Assembly (NCBI GenBank): GCA_963779415.1
Contig: CAVZYA010000001.1
Coordinates: forward strand, 608,001 to 672,000
Length of the DNA stretch: 64,000 nt
DNA from: an uncultured Acidobacteriota bacterium
Lineage (GTDB): Bacteria; Acidobacteriota; Thermoanaerobaculia; UBA5066
Direction: 5' to 3'
Positions within the stretch are counted from its first letter, which is position 1. Every line of letters starts with the position of its first letter. Positions 1 to 10,026 of the stretch are shown here, one piece after another. The position numbers were made by a program, and so were the translations under genes. The notes beneath the pieces were generated by a model. That model saw only the letters and a list, made by a program, of their open reading frames with translations. It searched no databases and was not told the origin of the DNA.

Positions 1-1
1 T

Positions 2-274
2 CGGGTTCGTGAGCCCGCCCGCGCCGATACGGCTGCCATCGGAGGTGTCGACGGTCGTCAGGCTCGCGGAGAGCTGCGGCTGGTAGGCCGACTTTTCCTG
101 CTTCGGCAGCTGGGCGGCCGCGTCGGCCAGAAGCCGCGCGGCGGAGACGGCGGGATTCTGCCTGAGGGCGAGCGCCTCCGCTTCGTCCAGCGAGAGCCGC
201 ATCGCCTCCGGGCGGGCGGAGCGCGCCGCCAGGAGGGCAACGGCGAGGAGGGGAAGCCGCGGCCTTCGCGTCAT
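2..274 (-). CDS. TolC-family outer membrane efflux protein, N-terminal part (runs off window)
   Basis: Read manually: ATG at 274 overlaps the RND stop (ATGA). MTRRPRLPLLAVALLAARSARPEAMRLSLDEAEALALRQNPAVSAA is a signal peptide plus the LSLxEA...ALxQNP TolC start; follows MFP and RND genes. Confidence 0.8.
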   Translation of the reverse strand, partial: MTRRPRLPLLAVALLAARSARPEAMRLSLDEAEALALRQNPAVSAARLLADAAAQLPKQEKSAYQPQLSASLTTVDTSDGSRIGAGGLTNP

Positions 275-3200
275 GCGGCCACTCCCTCGGCTCGGCCTCG
301 GTGCGCCAGGAGATAGGCCGCGGGAACGACGAAGACCGTCAGCGCCACCGAGACGGTCAGACCGCCGATGATCGCCCGCGCGAGAGGTGCGTACGACTCG
401 CTCCCGGCGCCCAGCTTCAACGCCATCGGCAGGAGACCGATCACCGTGGCGAGCGAGGTCATCAGGATCGGACGGAGCCGGACGCGGCACGAGGTGCGGA
501 GAGCCTCCTCCAGGGAGAGCCCTTCCTTCCCGAGGTGGCGCGCGAACTCCACGATGAGGATGCTGTTGGAGACCGCGATGCCGACGAGCATGACGACGCC
601 CATGAGCGACATGACGTTGAGTGTCGTACCGGTCAGGAGGAGCGTCACCAGGACTCCGCTCAGCCCGGGCGGCACGGCGAGGAGGATGAGGAGAGGATCG
701 AGAAACGACTGGAACTGCGCCACGAGGACGAGGTAGAGGAGAACCGTCGCCAGGAGAAGTCCGACGGCGAAGCTCCGGAACGACGAGCGCATCCCCTGCA
801 CCATTCCGCGCAGCGTGACGCGGACTCCTTCCGGGAGCTTCGTGTCGGACAGGATCCCTTCGATCCCGGTGGCGATCCGCCCGAGGTCCTCCCCCGACGG
901 CCGAACGTAGAGATCGAGAACCCGACGGAGCTGGTAGTGGTCGACCTCGGTTGGGGCGCTGATCCGCGTGATCCGGCTGACCGCATCGAGGCGCGCCGGC
1001 TCGGGATGCCCCGAGGCTCGGAGCGGAATCGCGCGGAAATCGGCGAGGCTCTGGACCTGCGTCTCCGGGTACTGGACCGTCAGGAAGTAGTCGTTCCCGC
1101 TCCGCGGGTCGACCCAATAGCTGGGCGCGATCATCTGGTTCGAGGCGAGCGCCGTCACGACGTTGTCGACGACCTCCTTCTCCGAGAGGCCGAGCTGGCC
1201 GGCGCGCGTCCGGTCGACGTCGAGCTTGAGCGCCGGGTAGTCGAGGTCCTGCGGCGTGTAGACGTCCGCGACGCCGCGGATTCCCCGGATGCGCCGCGTG
1301 AGGTCGACCGCGACCTCGTCGCTCTTCTCCAAGTCGGTGCCGTCCACCTGGACGTCGATCGGCGCGGGGAGCCCGAGGTTCAGGACGGCGTCGACGAGGC
1401 CGCCCGACTGGAAGTAGGTGACGAGCTCGGGCATCTCGCGGGCGAGGCGGGCCTTCACCCGGCTCATGTACTCGTAGCTCCCGGTGCGATGCCCCTCCTT
1501 GAGGCTCACCTGCACCGTCGCCATGTGCGGGCCGGCGTTGCTCGTATAGATCGAGGAGAACCCCGGCGTCGTCCCGATGTTGGAGACCACCATGTCGAGG
1601 TCGGCCGGCGGGACCTCCTCACGGATCAGCGCCTCGACTTTCGCCACCTCCGCGCTCGTCACCTCGAGGCGGGTGCCGGAAGGGGCCTTGACGTTGATCA
1701 CGAACTGCCCCGCGTCGGTGCGGGGAAAGAACGAGAGGCCGAGGAGGGGGAAGAGCGCGAGGCTGGCGAGGAAGAGGGCGCCGAAGATGATAAGGAGACG
1801 GGCGGGGCGTTGGAGCGCGAGGGAAGCGAGCCGGTCGTAGCCGGAGAGGAACCGCTCGAACCGGGCGTTGAACCCCGCCTGGAACCGTACGAACGGGGAG
1901 CGGGCCGCCGCGGCGCCGAGTTGCTGGGCCGGGCGGCGGATGAAGCGTGCGCAGAAGAGCGGGACGACGGTCATCGCCACGACGTATGACGCGGCGAGCG
2001 AGAGGACGACGGCAAGGGCGAGCGCGGAGAAGAGGAAGCGGCTCACCCCGTAGAGGAACGTGACCGGGAAGAAGACCACGGCGGTGGTCAGGGTCGCCGA
2101 AAGGACCGGGAGCGCGACCTCCTGCCCCCCCTTCTCGGCGGCCACCTCCGGGGTTTCGCCGAGCTCGAGGTGCCGGAAGATGTTCTCGAGGACGACGACC
2201 GAATTGTCGATGAGACGCGAGAGGGCCAGCGCAAGCCCGCCGAGGACCATGCTGTTCACCGACCCGCCGCCGAGGGACAGCGCGATGAACGTGGCGAGCA
2301 CCGAGAGCGGAATCGAGAAGAAGACCGCTGTCGTGGCGCGGAGGTTCCCGAGGAAGATCAGGATCATCAGCGAGGTCAAAAAGAGGCCGATCCCCCCCTC
2401 GTGCGAGGAGCGTCTCGATGGCGGTCTTGACGAACTGCGACTGGTCGAAGACGACGCGAGTGATGAGCTGCTTCGGCACGTCGACGAGCTTCCGGAGCGC
2501 TTCGCGGGTGCCGTCCACGACGGCGATCGTGTTCGTGTCCCCCCCCTGCTTGAGGATCGGCAGGTAGACGGAGGACTGCCCGTCGACCCGGACGACGTTG
2601 CTCTGGATGGCGTGGCCGTCCTCGGCGTGTCCCACGTCCCCGACCCGGACGGGAACCTCTCCGACCGTCTTGATCGGCAGGGCATCGATGTCGGCCACGC
2701 TGCGAAGCTGCGAGTTCGTGTAGATGTTGTAGTCGTACGGTCCGATCTTCACGTCGCCGGTCGGGAGGATCAGGTTCGAGTCGTTCACCGCGCGGACGAC
2801 GTCCATCACCGAGAGCTGGCGGGACTCGAGCCGGAAGGGATCGGTGTAGACCATGATCTGGCGGTACTTTCCGCCGAAGGGCGGAGGCACCGAGGCCCCC
2901 GGGACGCCCGCGATCTGGTTCCGGACGTCGAACTGCGCGAGGTCGCGGAGCTTCGTCTCCGTGAGGCCCTCTCCCTTGAGGGTGACGAGGCAGACGGGGA
3001 GGCTCGAAGCGTCGAACTTGAGGACGACCGGCGGCAGCGTCCCGGGAGGGAGCCGCCGCAGGTTCGCCATGGCGAGGTTCGAAATCCCCGTGACCGCCGA
3101 GTCGGGATCCGTGCCGGGCTGGAAGTAGACCTTGATGACCGAGACGCCGGGAAGCGAGCGCGACTCGATGTGCTCGATGCCGCTCGCGAGGGTGAAGAAC

Positions 3201-3400
3201 CGCTCGAAACGCCCGGTGATGTCGGTCTCGATCTGCTCGGGCGCCATTCCCGAGTAGAACGTCGCGACGACCACCACGGGAATCTTCATCGCCGGGAACA
3301 TGTCGACCGGCATCCTCACGAGGGCCGTCGTGCCGACGACCGCGATCACGAGGCAGAGGACGACGATGAGGTACGGAGTCCGGATCGCGAAGCGCGGCAT
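271..3400 (-). CDS. RND efflux permease (AcrB/CzcA-like), one frameshift near 2405
   Basis: N-half is ORF 1619..3400 (MPRFAIRTPYLIVV...), C-half is ORF 271..2685 (IDNSVVVLENI, RLRPILMTSLAT). They join at ETLL/HEGGIGLFL. Confidence 0.92.
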
Positions 3401-4629
3401 CAGCTTTCGCCCTTTCCGGCGTCGAGCGTAGTCGGCTTCGGGATGACCACCTCACCGGCCTTGAGCGCGCTCCGGCTGCCGATCACGACGAGGTCCCCCA
3501 CCTTGAGACCGGAGAGGACTTCGCAACGGTCGGCCATCTCGGTCCCGAGGGTCACCGGGACGATCTCGACCCTGCCTTCGGCGTCGACTCGGGCCACCGT
3601 CACACTCCCGTCGGCCCGGTCGATGGCGACGACGGGGATCGTCAGGGCCTTCCGGGGGCGGTCGAGCTGGAGGCTCGCCTCGGCGAACATCCCCGGCACG
3701 AGGACGAGGTCCGGGTTCGGGACGTCCACCTCGGTCTCCATCGTCCGGGTATCCGTCCTTACCAGCCCGGCGAAGCGGGCGACCTTTCCCGGGAAGATGC
3801 GCCCGAGTGACGGAACGCGGACGTCGACCGGATCGCCGAGCCGGACATTCGGAACGGCCGATTCGGGGACCGGAAGCTGCAGGCGGAGTAGCGTGTTCTG
3901 CGAGAGCCTCACGAGAGGCCGCGCCTGGGACTGCGAGGCGGTGCCGGCCTGGATCATCGCGCCCGGGTCTGCGAGGCGATCCGTGATGACGCCGGCGAAC
4001 GGAGCCGTCACCCGCGCGTAGTCGAGGAGCGTCTGTTTCCGGTTGCGGTCGGCCTCGGCCACCTTGAGCGCCTCCTCGGCGGCGGACACGGCCGCCCTGT
4101 CCGCGGCCTCCTGCGCTTCGGAGGTCTCGTCGCGCCCCCGGGCATCGTCGAGCTCCTGCTGTGCGACGAGGCCCGGTCGGGACTTCATCACGTCGTCGAG
4201 CCTCGTGTAGGCGAGTTGGGCGACCTGATGCGCCGATTGGGAGCGGACGAGGTCCTGCCGCGCCCGTTCGAGCTCGGCCTCGGCCTCCTTGACCGCGGCC
4301 GCGCGCGCGGTCAGGTCGTCCTGGAGCTCGGGGACCTCGAGCGTCGCGAGGAGCTGCCCTTCGCGAACGCGGTCCCCGACATCGACGTACATCGTCTTCA
4401 CGTAGCCCGAAACCTTCGCCAGAACGTCGATCTGCTGGAAGGCACGGAACTCCGCCGTGAGGACGACGCCGCGCGAGACCTCGGTCGTCGCGGCGGGAGC
4501 GACGGCGACCACGGGGCCTGCCGGGGGCGTGTCGGCCTTCGTCCGATGGATCCGCGAGCAGCCGACGGTGGTTGCGAGGAAGGCGGCGGCCAGCGCAGCG
4601 GCCGCGAAGAATCGAGTTCCTGTCCTCAA
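3400..4629 (-). CDS. RND periplasmic adaptor (MFP), lipoprotein
   Basis: TVGC lipobox, AKVSGYV...VDVGDRVREGQLL lipoyl half motif, coiled coil, APFAGVI, LVPGMFA. Confidence 0.92.
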   Translation of the reverse strand: MRTGTRFFAAAALAAAFLATTVGCSRIHRTKADTPPAGPVVAVAPAATTEVSRGVVLTAEFRAFQQIDVLAKVSGYVKTMYVDVGDRVREGQLLATLEVPELQDDLTARAAAVKEAEAELERARQDLVRSQSAHQVAQLAYTRLDDVMKSRPGLVAQQELDDARGRDETSEAQEAADRAAVSAAEEALKVAEADRNRKQTLLDYARVTAPFAGVITDRLADPGAMIQAGTASQSQARPLVRLSQNTLLRLQLPVPESAVPNVRLGDPVDVRVPSLGRIFPGKVARFAGLVRTDTRTMETEVDVPNPDLVLVPGMFAEASLQLDRPRKALTIPVVAIDRADGSVTVARVDAEGRVEIVPVTLGTEMADRCEVLSGLKVGDLVVIGSRSALKAGEVVIPKPTTLDAGKGES

Positions 4630-5318
4630 AGTGGCGGCCTCCGGATCTCCTCCCGCAGAGCCTCCAGGGAAAAATCCGGGGAGCTGCAGATCGCGAGGAT
4701 GCGGCGTTCGTGCTTCTCCTGACTCTCAGCGATCTCCGGGAGTTCCGATGCGATCTCGAGCGGAATCGAGAGGACCCCGTGCTCGTCCATCATCAGGAGA
4801 TCTCCGGGATGGATGAGGAGGCCCTCGATCTCGACCGGCTCGCCGAAGCCGATCATGTGCTGGTAGGCGTGGGAGACCGCCACGCCCCTTGCGAGTATCG
4901 GGATCCCGAGCCTTCGGATCGCGTCGAGGTCCCGGACGGCGCCGTCGGTGACGATCCCGCCGCAACGGAGGGCCTTCAGAATCGCGACGTGAATTTCGCC
5001 GATCACGGATGCCGTGCGGGGGCGAGGATCGTCATCCCGGATGACGGCGATCCGCGGGCCGCCGAGGCGGCTCATCGTCTCCCACCAGTCGCTCCGGTCG
5101 TCGTAACGTTGGCCGGCGATCGGCGGGTCCGACGACCTGACTCGGCTCGTCACCGCATAGCCGACGACCGTCTGAATGTTGCCGGCCGGGCAGCCGAGGC
5201 GCGGCTGCGTATACCCCTCGTTCCGCAAGCGCAGACCGAACGTCTCGATGGCGTTCGCGACACTGCACGTGCTGAGCCGCTGAAGCGCTTCCAGGTCTTC
5301 TTGGGTGGGGAGCTTCAA
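4626..5318 (-). CDS. RraA-like / HMG aldolase family protein
   Basis: STCSVANAIE, GYAVT, GEI...GIVTDGAVRD, IHPGDLLMMDEHGV motifs. TTG start at 5318 chosen because AGGAGG lies just upstream. Confidence 0.85.
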   Translation of the reverse strand: MKLPTQEDLEALQRLSTCSVANAIETFGLRLRNEGYTQPRLGCPAGNIQTVVGYAVTSRVRSSDPPIAGQRYDDRSDWWETMSRLGGPRIAVIRDDDPRPRTASVIGEIHVAILKALRCGGIVTDGAVRDLDAIRRLGIPILARGVAVSHAYQHMIGFGEPVEIEGLLIHPGDLLMMDEHGVLSIPLEIASELPEIAESQEKHERRILAICSSPDFSLEALREEIRRPPL

Positions 5319-5489
5319 AGGAACCCTCCTCGGCACGGAGAGAATGAGTCCGGCCGGCGGGAGGAGCCATCCCGTCGGGGGGGTAGCCACGACCCCGTCG
5401 GATGGGGAGAGGGCCCCGAAAAGCGAAAAGAGGCCGGCAGAAGCCGGCCCCGGACCGGGAAACGAGGCGGTGGAGGAGCGGCCTATCGG

Positions 5490-7139
5490 CTACATCTTCG
5501 CCGGAGGGGCGCCGGGGAGGCTGTAGCGGAGGTTCACGAAGAACATCCCGATGTGGGCGTCCCGCGCCGCTCCGGGCGCGATGTACCACGGAATCCGCGA
5601 GAGATAGGAGTACTGCCCCATCAGAGTGACGGCGCCGTACTTCGCGTCCTTCCAGAACGTCTGCGCGAAGCCGAGCGTCCCTTCCTGGATCGTCTGGTTC
5701 TGTCCGTTCGGCGACCCGGAGTAGCCATAGCCGATCGGCTTGCCGGTCGTGTCGAGGATGGCGTTCTGTCCGATGGCGATGCCGCCGTAGTAGGCGTAGA
5801 GAAGCGTGTTGCCTGCTCGCCCACTCGAAGCCGGTCGACGGTGGAGATGGATTGACGAGCGGAACGATGCTGCCGTCGGCGCGGGCGACAGGTCCGGCGC
5901 CTGGCCGAAGATGTACCGGCCGCCGCCGTAGCTGAGTAGAAGTTGGTGTCGAGCACGAACCGGAGGCCGCTCGAAGATGCCGACAGTCATGTTCGCGAAG
6001 CCGCCCCAGCCGGTCGCGTTGTAGCGGGTGCCGCTCGCCGTGTTGTAGATGGTGAACTGGCGCTCGACGCCCGCCTGCCTCGAAGTGGAACCTCTTCGAG
6101 GGATCCCATGCGAGCCTTCAGGATCACGTCGGGGGCGACGTTCGGCGTGGCGAGGCCGGTCGACCCGTTGTCGAGCTGGGCTCCCGCGTAGTTCGGGACG
6201 CCGGCCGGGAAGGTCGGGACGCCGCCTCCCGCCGATCCGCCGACGTACTGCTCGGGGCTGTCGAGGGCGACGGCGAGGGCGAGCCCGTTCGTGGGTCGGA
6301 AGACGAACCGCAGCCTCGGGTATCCGTCCCCAGAAGAGGCCCGCCTGGTAGTTCACGTCGATGTTCTGCGTGTAGAAGAGGTCCCCGGGAAGGGCCGAGA
6401 TGCCGGAACGGCCCGGCGTGATCAGGCGACCAGAGCTGGCCCGCGGCGAACTCGAAAGATGCCATCTTCAGGTCGACGAAGTAGAGGCGGGACCGCAGCA
6501 CGTTGCTGTCGCTCGAGACGGCGACGTTCCCTGCCCGGGATGTTCCCGAGGAAGTCCGCCTCCATGTAGCCCATCACGTGGAGCTTCTTCACGTCCGAGT
6601 CGATCCGGAAGCCGAATCGGGAGTTCTGCATGCTGAAGCGGAACTCGTTCAGGTGGTTCTGGTAGACGTTCCCCGTACGGGATGCTTCCGAAATTGGTTC
6701 CGATGCCGCTGCCGGCGTTGTGGTTCCGGTAGACCCCGGTGAAGTCCATGAACCCGAGCGGCTGGACCGTCGTCGAGCCGATCTTGAACTGGAGGGGCGC
6801 CGACTCCCCGGCGGCGGGCGCCGCATGAGCCGCGGGCTTCGGCGCGGGCCGGTCGTAGCCGGGCAGATCGTGCTTCAGGTTGAAGAGGTCGATGGCCGTC
6901 TCGTTCTCGGCGAGGACAGTCTCCCCGTGCGGACCGTGATTGGAGAACAACATCGGCGACGAGAATTCGCCGGTCTTCAGCCACGCCTCGTACTTGGCCG
7001 ACGTGTTGAAGACGTAGATCGTCCCGTCCTTCTCGGCTTCCTTGTACCAGAGTCCCTGCGCGGACGCCGTCCCGATCGTGAGGGCGAGCACGGCCGCCAT
7101 GACCCCAAGGGCCCATCGCCTGAGAGTCTCTTTCATCAA
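5490..7139 (-). CDS. Outer membrane beta-barrel/porin-like protein, multiply frameshifted
   Basis: Signal peptide (...GTASAQ). Fragments in ORFs 6468..7139, 6422..6826, 6124..6501 and 5490..6356 give FRFSMQNSRFGF, YMEADFLG, LRSRLYFVD, AGQLWS and a final strand MFFVNLRYSLP. Confidence 0.7.
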
Positions 7140-7422
7140 TCTCCTCCTTCCGTATTCGAGCGGGACTGTCTCTTCCGGGCGTTAATCCGACGGGGATCCG
7201 ATGTTGACCTCGTGTAAAGAAATCCGGCTCCGGGAAAGAGGGGCCTTCTGCTCGACGGGGCCGAGCTCGGCGGCATGGAGGTGTCCTTCGTGAACGCCGT
7301 AAGGCGCCGCCACGTTACGGTGGCGTTACGGAGCCGGCACACCGTCGGAACTTCATGGCTCTTCGCTCTCCACAACAGATTGCAAATGGACCACTTGACC
7401 TCATAGCCCAGGTCGGATCCAA

Positions 7423-7439
7423 CCGGCACATGGGTTGCT
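7423..7439 (+). promoter_or_regulatory. sigma54 (-24/-12) promoter
   Basis: CCGGCACATGGGTTGCT matches the YTGGCAC-N5-TTGC consensus (GG-N10-GC), in the intergenic region upstream of the porin at 7545. Confidence 0.7.
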
Positions 7440-7544
7440 CGAATCCGGTCTGAGCGCCGTGAGGGTGAGAGTGTGAGCGCCGCCGAATGCTCTGCAACTG
7501 TGGCGGCAGCCGTTTTGTCGATTCCTGATGAAAGGCTCGTGTCT

Positions 7545-8708
7545 ATGAAGGAACCGCAAGGACTTCCACGGAGACGGAGCGCAAAGGCGCTCCTCCCCCG
7601 CAGGTTCGTCACGGATCAGTTCGCGGTGGCCATCTTCGCCCTGATGAGCCTCGCCTTTCTCTCGGCGTCTCCGGCCAGCGCGCAGGCCATCCTCAAGATC
7701 GACGACTCCAACAACTTCAGGTTCGGCGTTCTTCTCCAGCCGTGGGCGACATTCTCGACGCTGACGAATGCCGCGGGAACCGAAACGCTCGGCACCTCCG
7801 AAGCTCTCTTCCTCCGGCGGGCCCGCCTCATCATGGGCGGGAAGATCGCGGGGAACATCTTCTTCTTCGTCCAGACCGAGAACTCGAACCTCGGCCAGAA
7901 AACGACCGCGACGACCACCCCCGGCTCCGGTTTCCAGCTCATCAACGCCGAGGCCGAGTGGCGCATCGACACCGCATTCAACCTGACCTTTGGCCTCTTC
8001 CAGGTCCCGTACAGCCGCGAGGGGCTGAAGTCCGCCACCAACCTCTTCGAGATCGACTATTCGACCTATCGAGCCGTGCAGGGTACGTCGATGGGATGGG
8101 TGGGCTCGAACCGGGATATCGGCTTTCAGGTCCGCGGCTACATCCTTTCGGACCGCTTCCATTACCGGGTCGCCGTGACGGAGGGCTCCCGGCCGGGCGA
8201 AGGGAAGAACCCCTTCCTCTACACCGCGCGCATCCAGTACGACTTCTTTGCGAAGGAGCTCTACAACATGCCCTCGTACCCCGGCTCCTATCTCGACGGG
8301 ACGAAGGTCCTCGGGATCGGCGCGGCCACTCAGGAGCAGGGAAGCTTCCGGTACGCCTCGAGCGACGTCTATGCGTCGTTTCCGGTCGGGCCGGGGATCG
8401 TCGAGGGGACCTTCCAGTACCAGTACATGTACGGCTCGACGATGTTTCCCCTCCTGCCTCACCAGAACATCTACATGATCGAGGCGGGCTGCTACGGCAA
8501 TCGAATCAAGCTCGGGCCCTGGGTTCGCTACGAGGAGGTCCTCTACAACGGGCAACCGGACAAGAACGAGCACCGGGTCTGGGGAGGGGTCGGCTGGTTC
8601 CCTTACGGCCACAACTTCAACGTCAAGGGCGCCTACGAGCGGATCACGTCGACGGCGATCGTCGCTAGGAACCAGTTCATCATGCAGCTTCAGTTCTACT
8701 ACTTCTGA
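7545..8708 (+). CDS. Outer membrane porin (OprO/OprP-like short-chain porin)
   Basis: Signal peptide ending ASAQA, FLRRARL, GLFQVPYSRE, RDIGFQ motifs, C-terminal MQLQFYYF beta-signal. ATG 7545 preferred over GTG 7473. Confidence 0.75.
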   Translation: MKEPQGLPRRRSAKALLPRRFVTDQFAVAIFALMSLAFLSASPASAQAILKIDDSNNFRFGVLLQPWATFSTLTNAAGTETLGTSEALFLRRARLIMGGKIAGNIFFFVQTENSNLGQKTTATTTPGSGFQLINAEAEWRIDTAFNLTFGLFQVPYSREGLKSATNLFEIDYSTYRAVQGTSMGWVGSNRDIGFQVRGYILSDRFHYRVAVTEGSRPGEGKNPFLYTARIQYDFFAKELYNMPSYPGSYLDGTKVLGIGAATQEQGSFRYASSDVYASFPVGPGIVEGTFQYQYMYGSTMFPLLPHQNIYMIEAGCYGNRIKLGPWVRYEEVLYNGQPDKNEHRVWGGVGWFPYGHNFNVKGAYERITSTAIVARNQFIMQLQFYYF

Positions 8709-8796
8709 AAGGACCGGACTCCGCCCCTTTTTGCGGCCTGCGGCATACCTTTTTCGAGAGCTATAGTCGAGGCGTGAAGGACGGTCCGGCCGGAGC

Positions 8797-10023
8797 ATGA
8801 GCGGCGTTCGCTCCGCGGACACGGTGATCGTCGGAGGGGGGATCGTCGGCGTCTCCTCGGCGCTCTCGCTGGCCCGGACCGCCCGCGCGTCGGTCTTGCT
8901 GCTCGAAAAGGAGCCGATCCTCGCGGCTCACCAGACCGGACGGAACAGCGGGGTCGTCCACTCCGGACTCTATTACCGCCCCGGGTCTCTCAAGGCCACC
9001 CTCTGCGCCGAAGGGCGAGCCGCGCTCGAGCGCTTCTGCGTCGAGAAAGGCCTCCCCTTCGAGCGGTGCGGGAAGATCGTCGTCGCCACCCGCCCCGAGC
9101 AGCTCCCGCGCCTTTCCGACCTCGAGGCCCGGGGGCGGGAGAACGGGCTCACGGGGCTCCGCCGGCTCCCGCCCGGTGAGCTGGGAGAGCTGGAGCCGCA
9201 CGCGGCCGGAATCGCCGCCCTCCATGTTCCCCAGACCGGGATCGTCGACTACGGCCTCGTGACGGGAGCGCTCGGCGAGGATCTGCGGCGTGCCGGCGGC
9301 GAGATCCTCCTCGGGGCCGGCCTTTCCGCCGTCGCGAGGGACGGCAATCGCCACCGCCTCACGACCCCCGCCGGCGAGATCTCCTGCCGGTTCCTCGTCG
9401 CCTGCGCCGGACTGCAGGCCGACCGCGTCGCACGGCTCTGCGGCGCCGATCCCGGGATCCGGATCGTCCCGTTCCGCGGCGAGTACTACGAGCTGCGCCC
9501 GGAACGGCGGTACCTGGTCCGTAACCTCATCTATCCGGTCCCCGATCCCCGCTTTCCGTTCCTCGGCGTCCATTTCACGCGGCGCGTCGGGGGCGCCGTC
9601 GAGGCCGGTCCGAACGCGGTATTCGCCTTCCGCCGCGAGGGATACTCGAAGACGAGCTTCTCCCTCCGGGACACGGCGTCGTCGCTCGCGTGGCCCGGCT
9701 TCTGGAAGCTCGCGGAGCGCTACATGTCGACCGGCCTCGGCGAGTTCTGGCGCTCGTTCAATCGCCGGGCCTTCACGCGCGCCCTGCAGGAGCTTCTCCC
9801 GGACGTGCGTCCCGAGGATCTCGCGCCCGGGGGGGCCGGCGTCCGGGCGCAGGCCCTCGGACGGGACGGGTCCCTCCTCGACGACTTCCACTTCGTCGAA
9901 GCGCCGGGACAGATCCACGTCCTGAACGCCCCCTCGCCGGCCGCGACCGCCGGGCTCGCGATCGGTCGCGTCGTGGCCGAGCGTGCGTGCCGAAGCTTCT
10001 CCCTCCCGGAACGGCCTTCCTGA
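8797..10023 (+). CDS. lhgO: L-2-hydroxyglutarate oxidase
   Basis: GGGIVG FAD motif, HQTGRNSGVVHSGLYY.PGSLKA, PFRGEYY, IYPVPDPRFPFLGVHFT, NAPSPAAT. Confidence 0.9.
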   Translation: MSGVRSADTVIVGGGIVGVSSALSLARTARASVLLLEKEPILAAHQTGRNSGVVHSGLYYRPGSLKATLCAEGRAALERFCVEKGLPFERCGKIVVATRPEQLPRLSDLEARGRENGLTGLRRLPPGELGELEPHAAGIAALHVPQTGIVDYGLVTGALGEDLRRAGGEILLGAGLSAVARDGNRHRLTTPAGEISCRFLVACAGLQADRVARLCGADPGIRIVPFRGEYYELRPERRYLVRNLIYPVPDPRFPFLGVHFTRRVGGAVEAGPNAVFAFRREGYSKTSFSLRDTASSLAWPGFWKLAERYMSTGLGEFWRSFNRRAFTRALQELLPDVRPEDLAPGGAGVRAQALGRDGSLLDDFHFVEAPGQIHVLNAPSPAATAGLAIGRVVAERACRSFSLPERPS

Positions 10024-10026
10024 TCC

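Noticed and set aside
5367-5405. Imperfect hairpin CCATCC...GGATGG upstream of the RraA gene as a riboswitch
   Set aside because: No recognisable aptamer consensus; GC-rich hairpins arise easily by chance.
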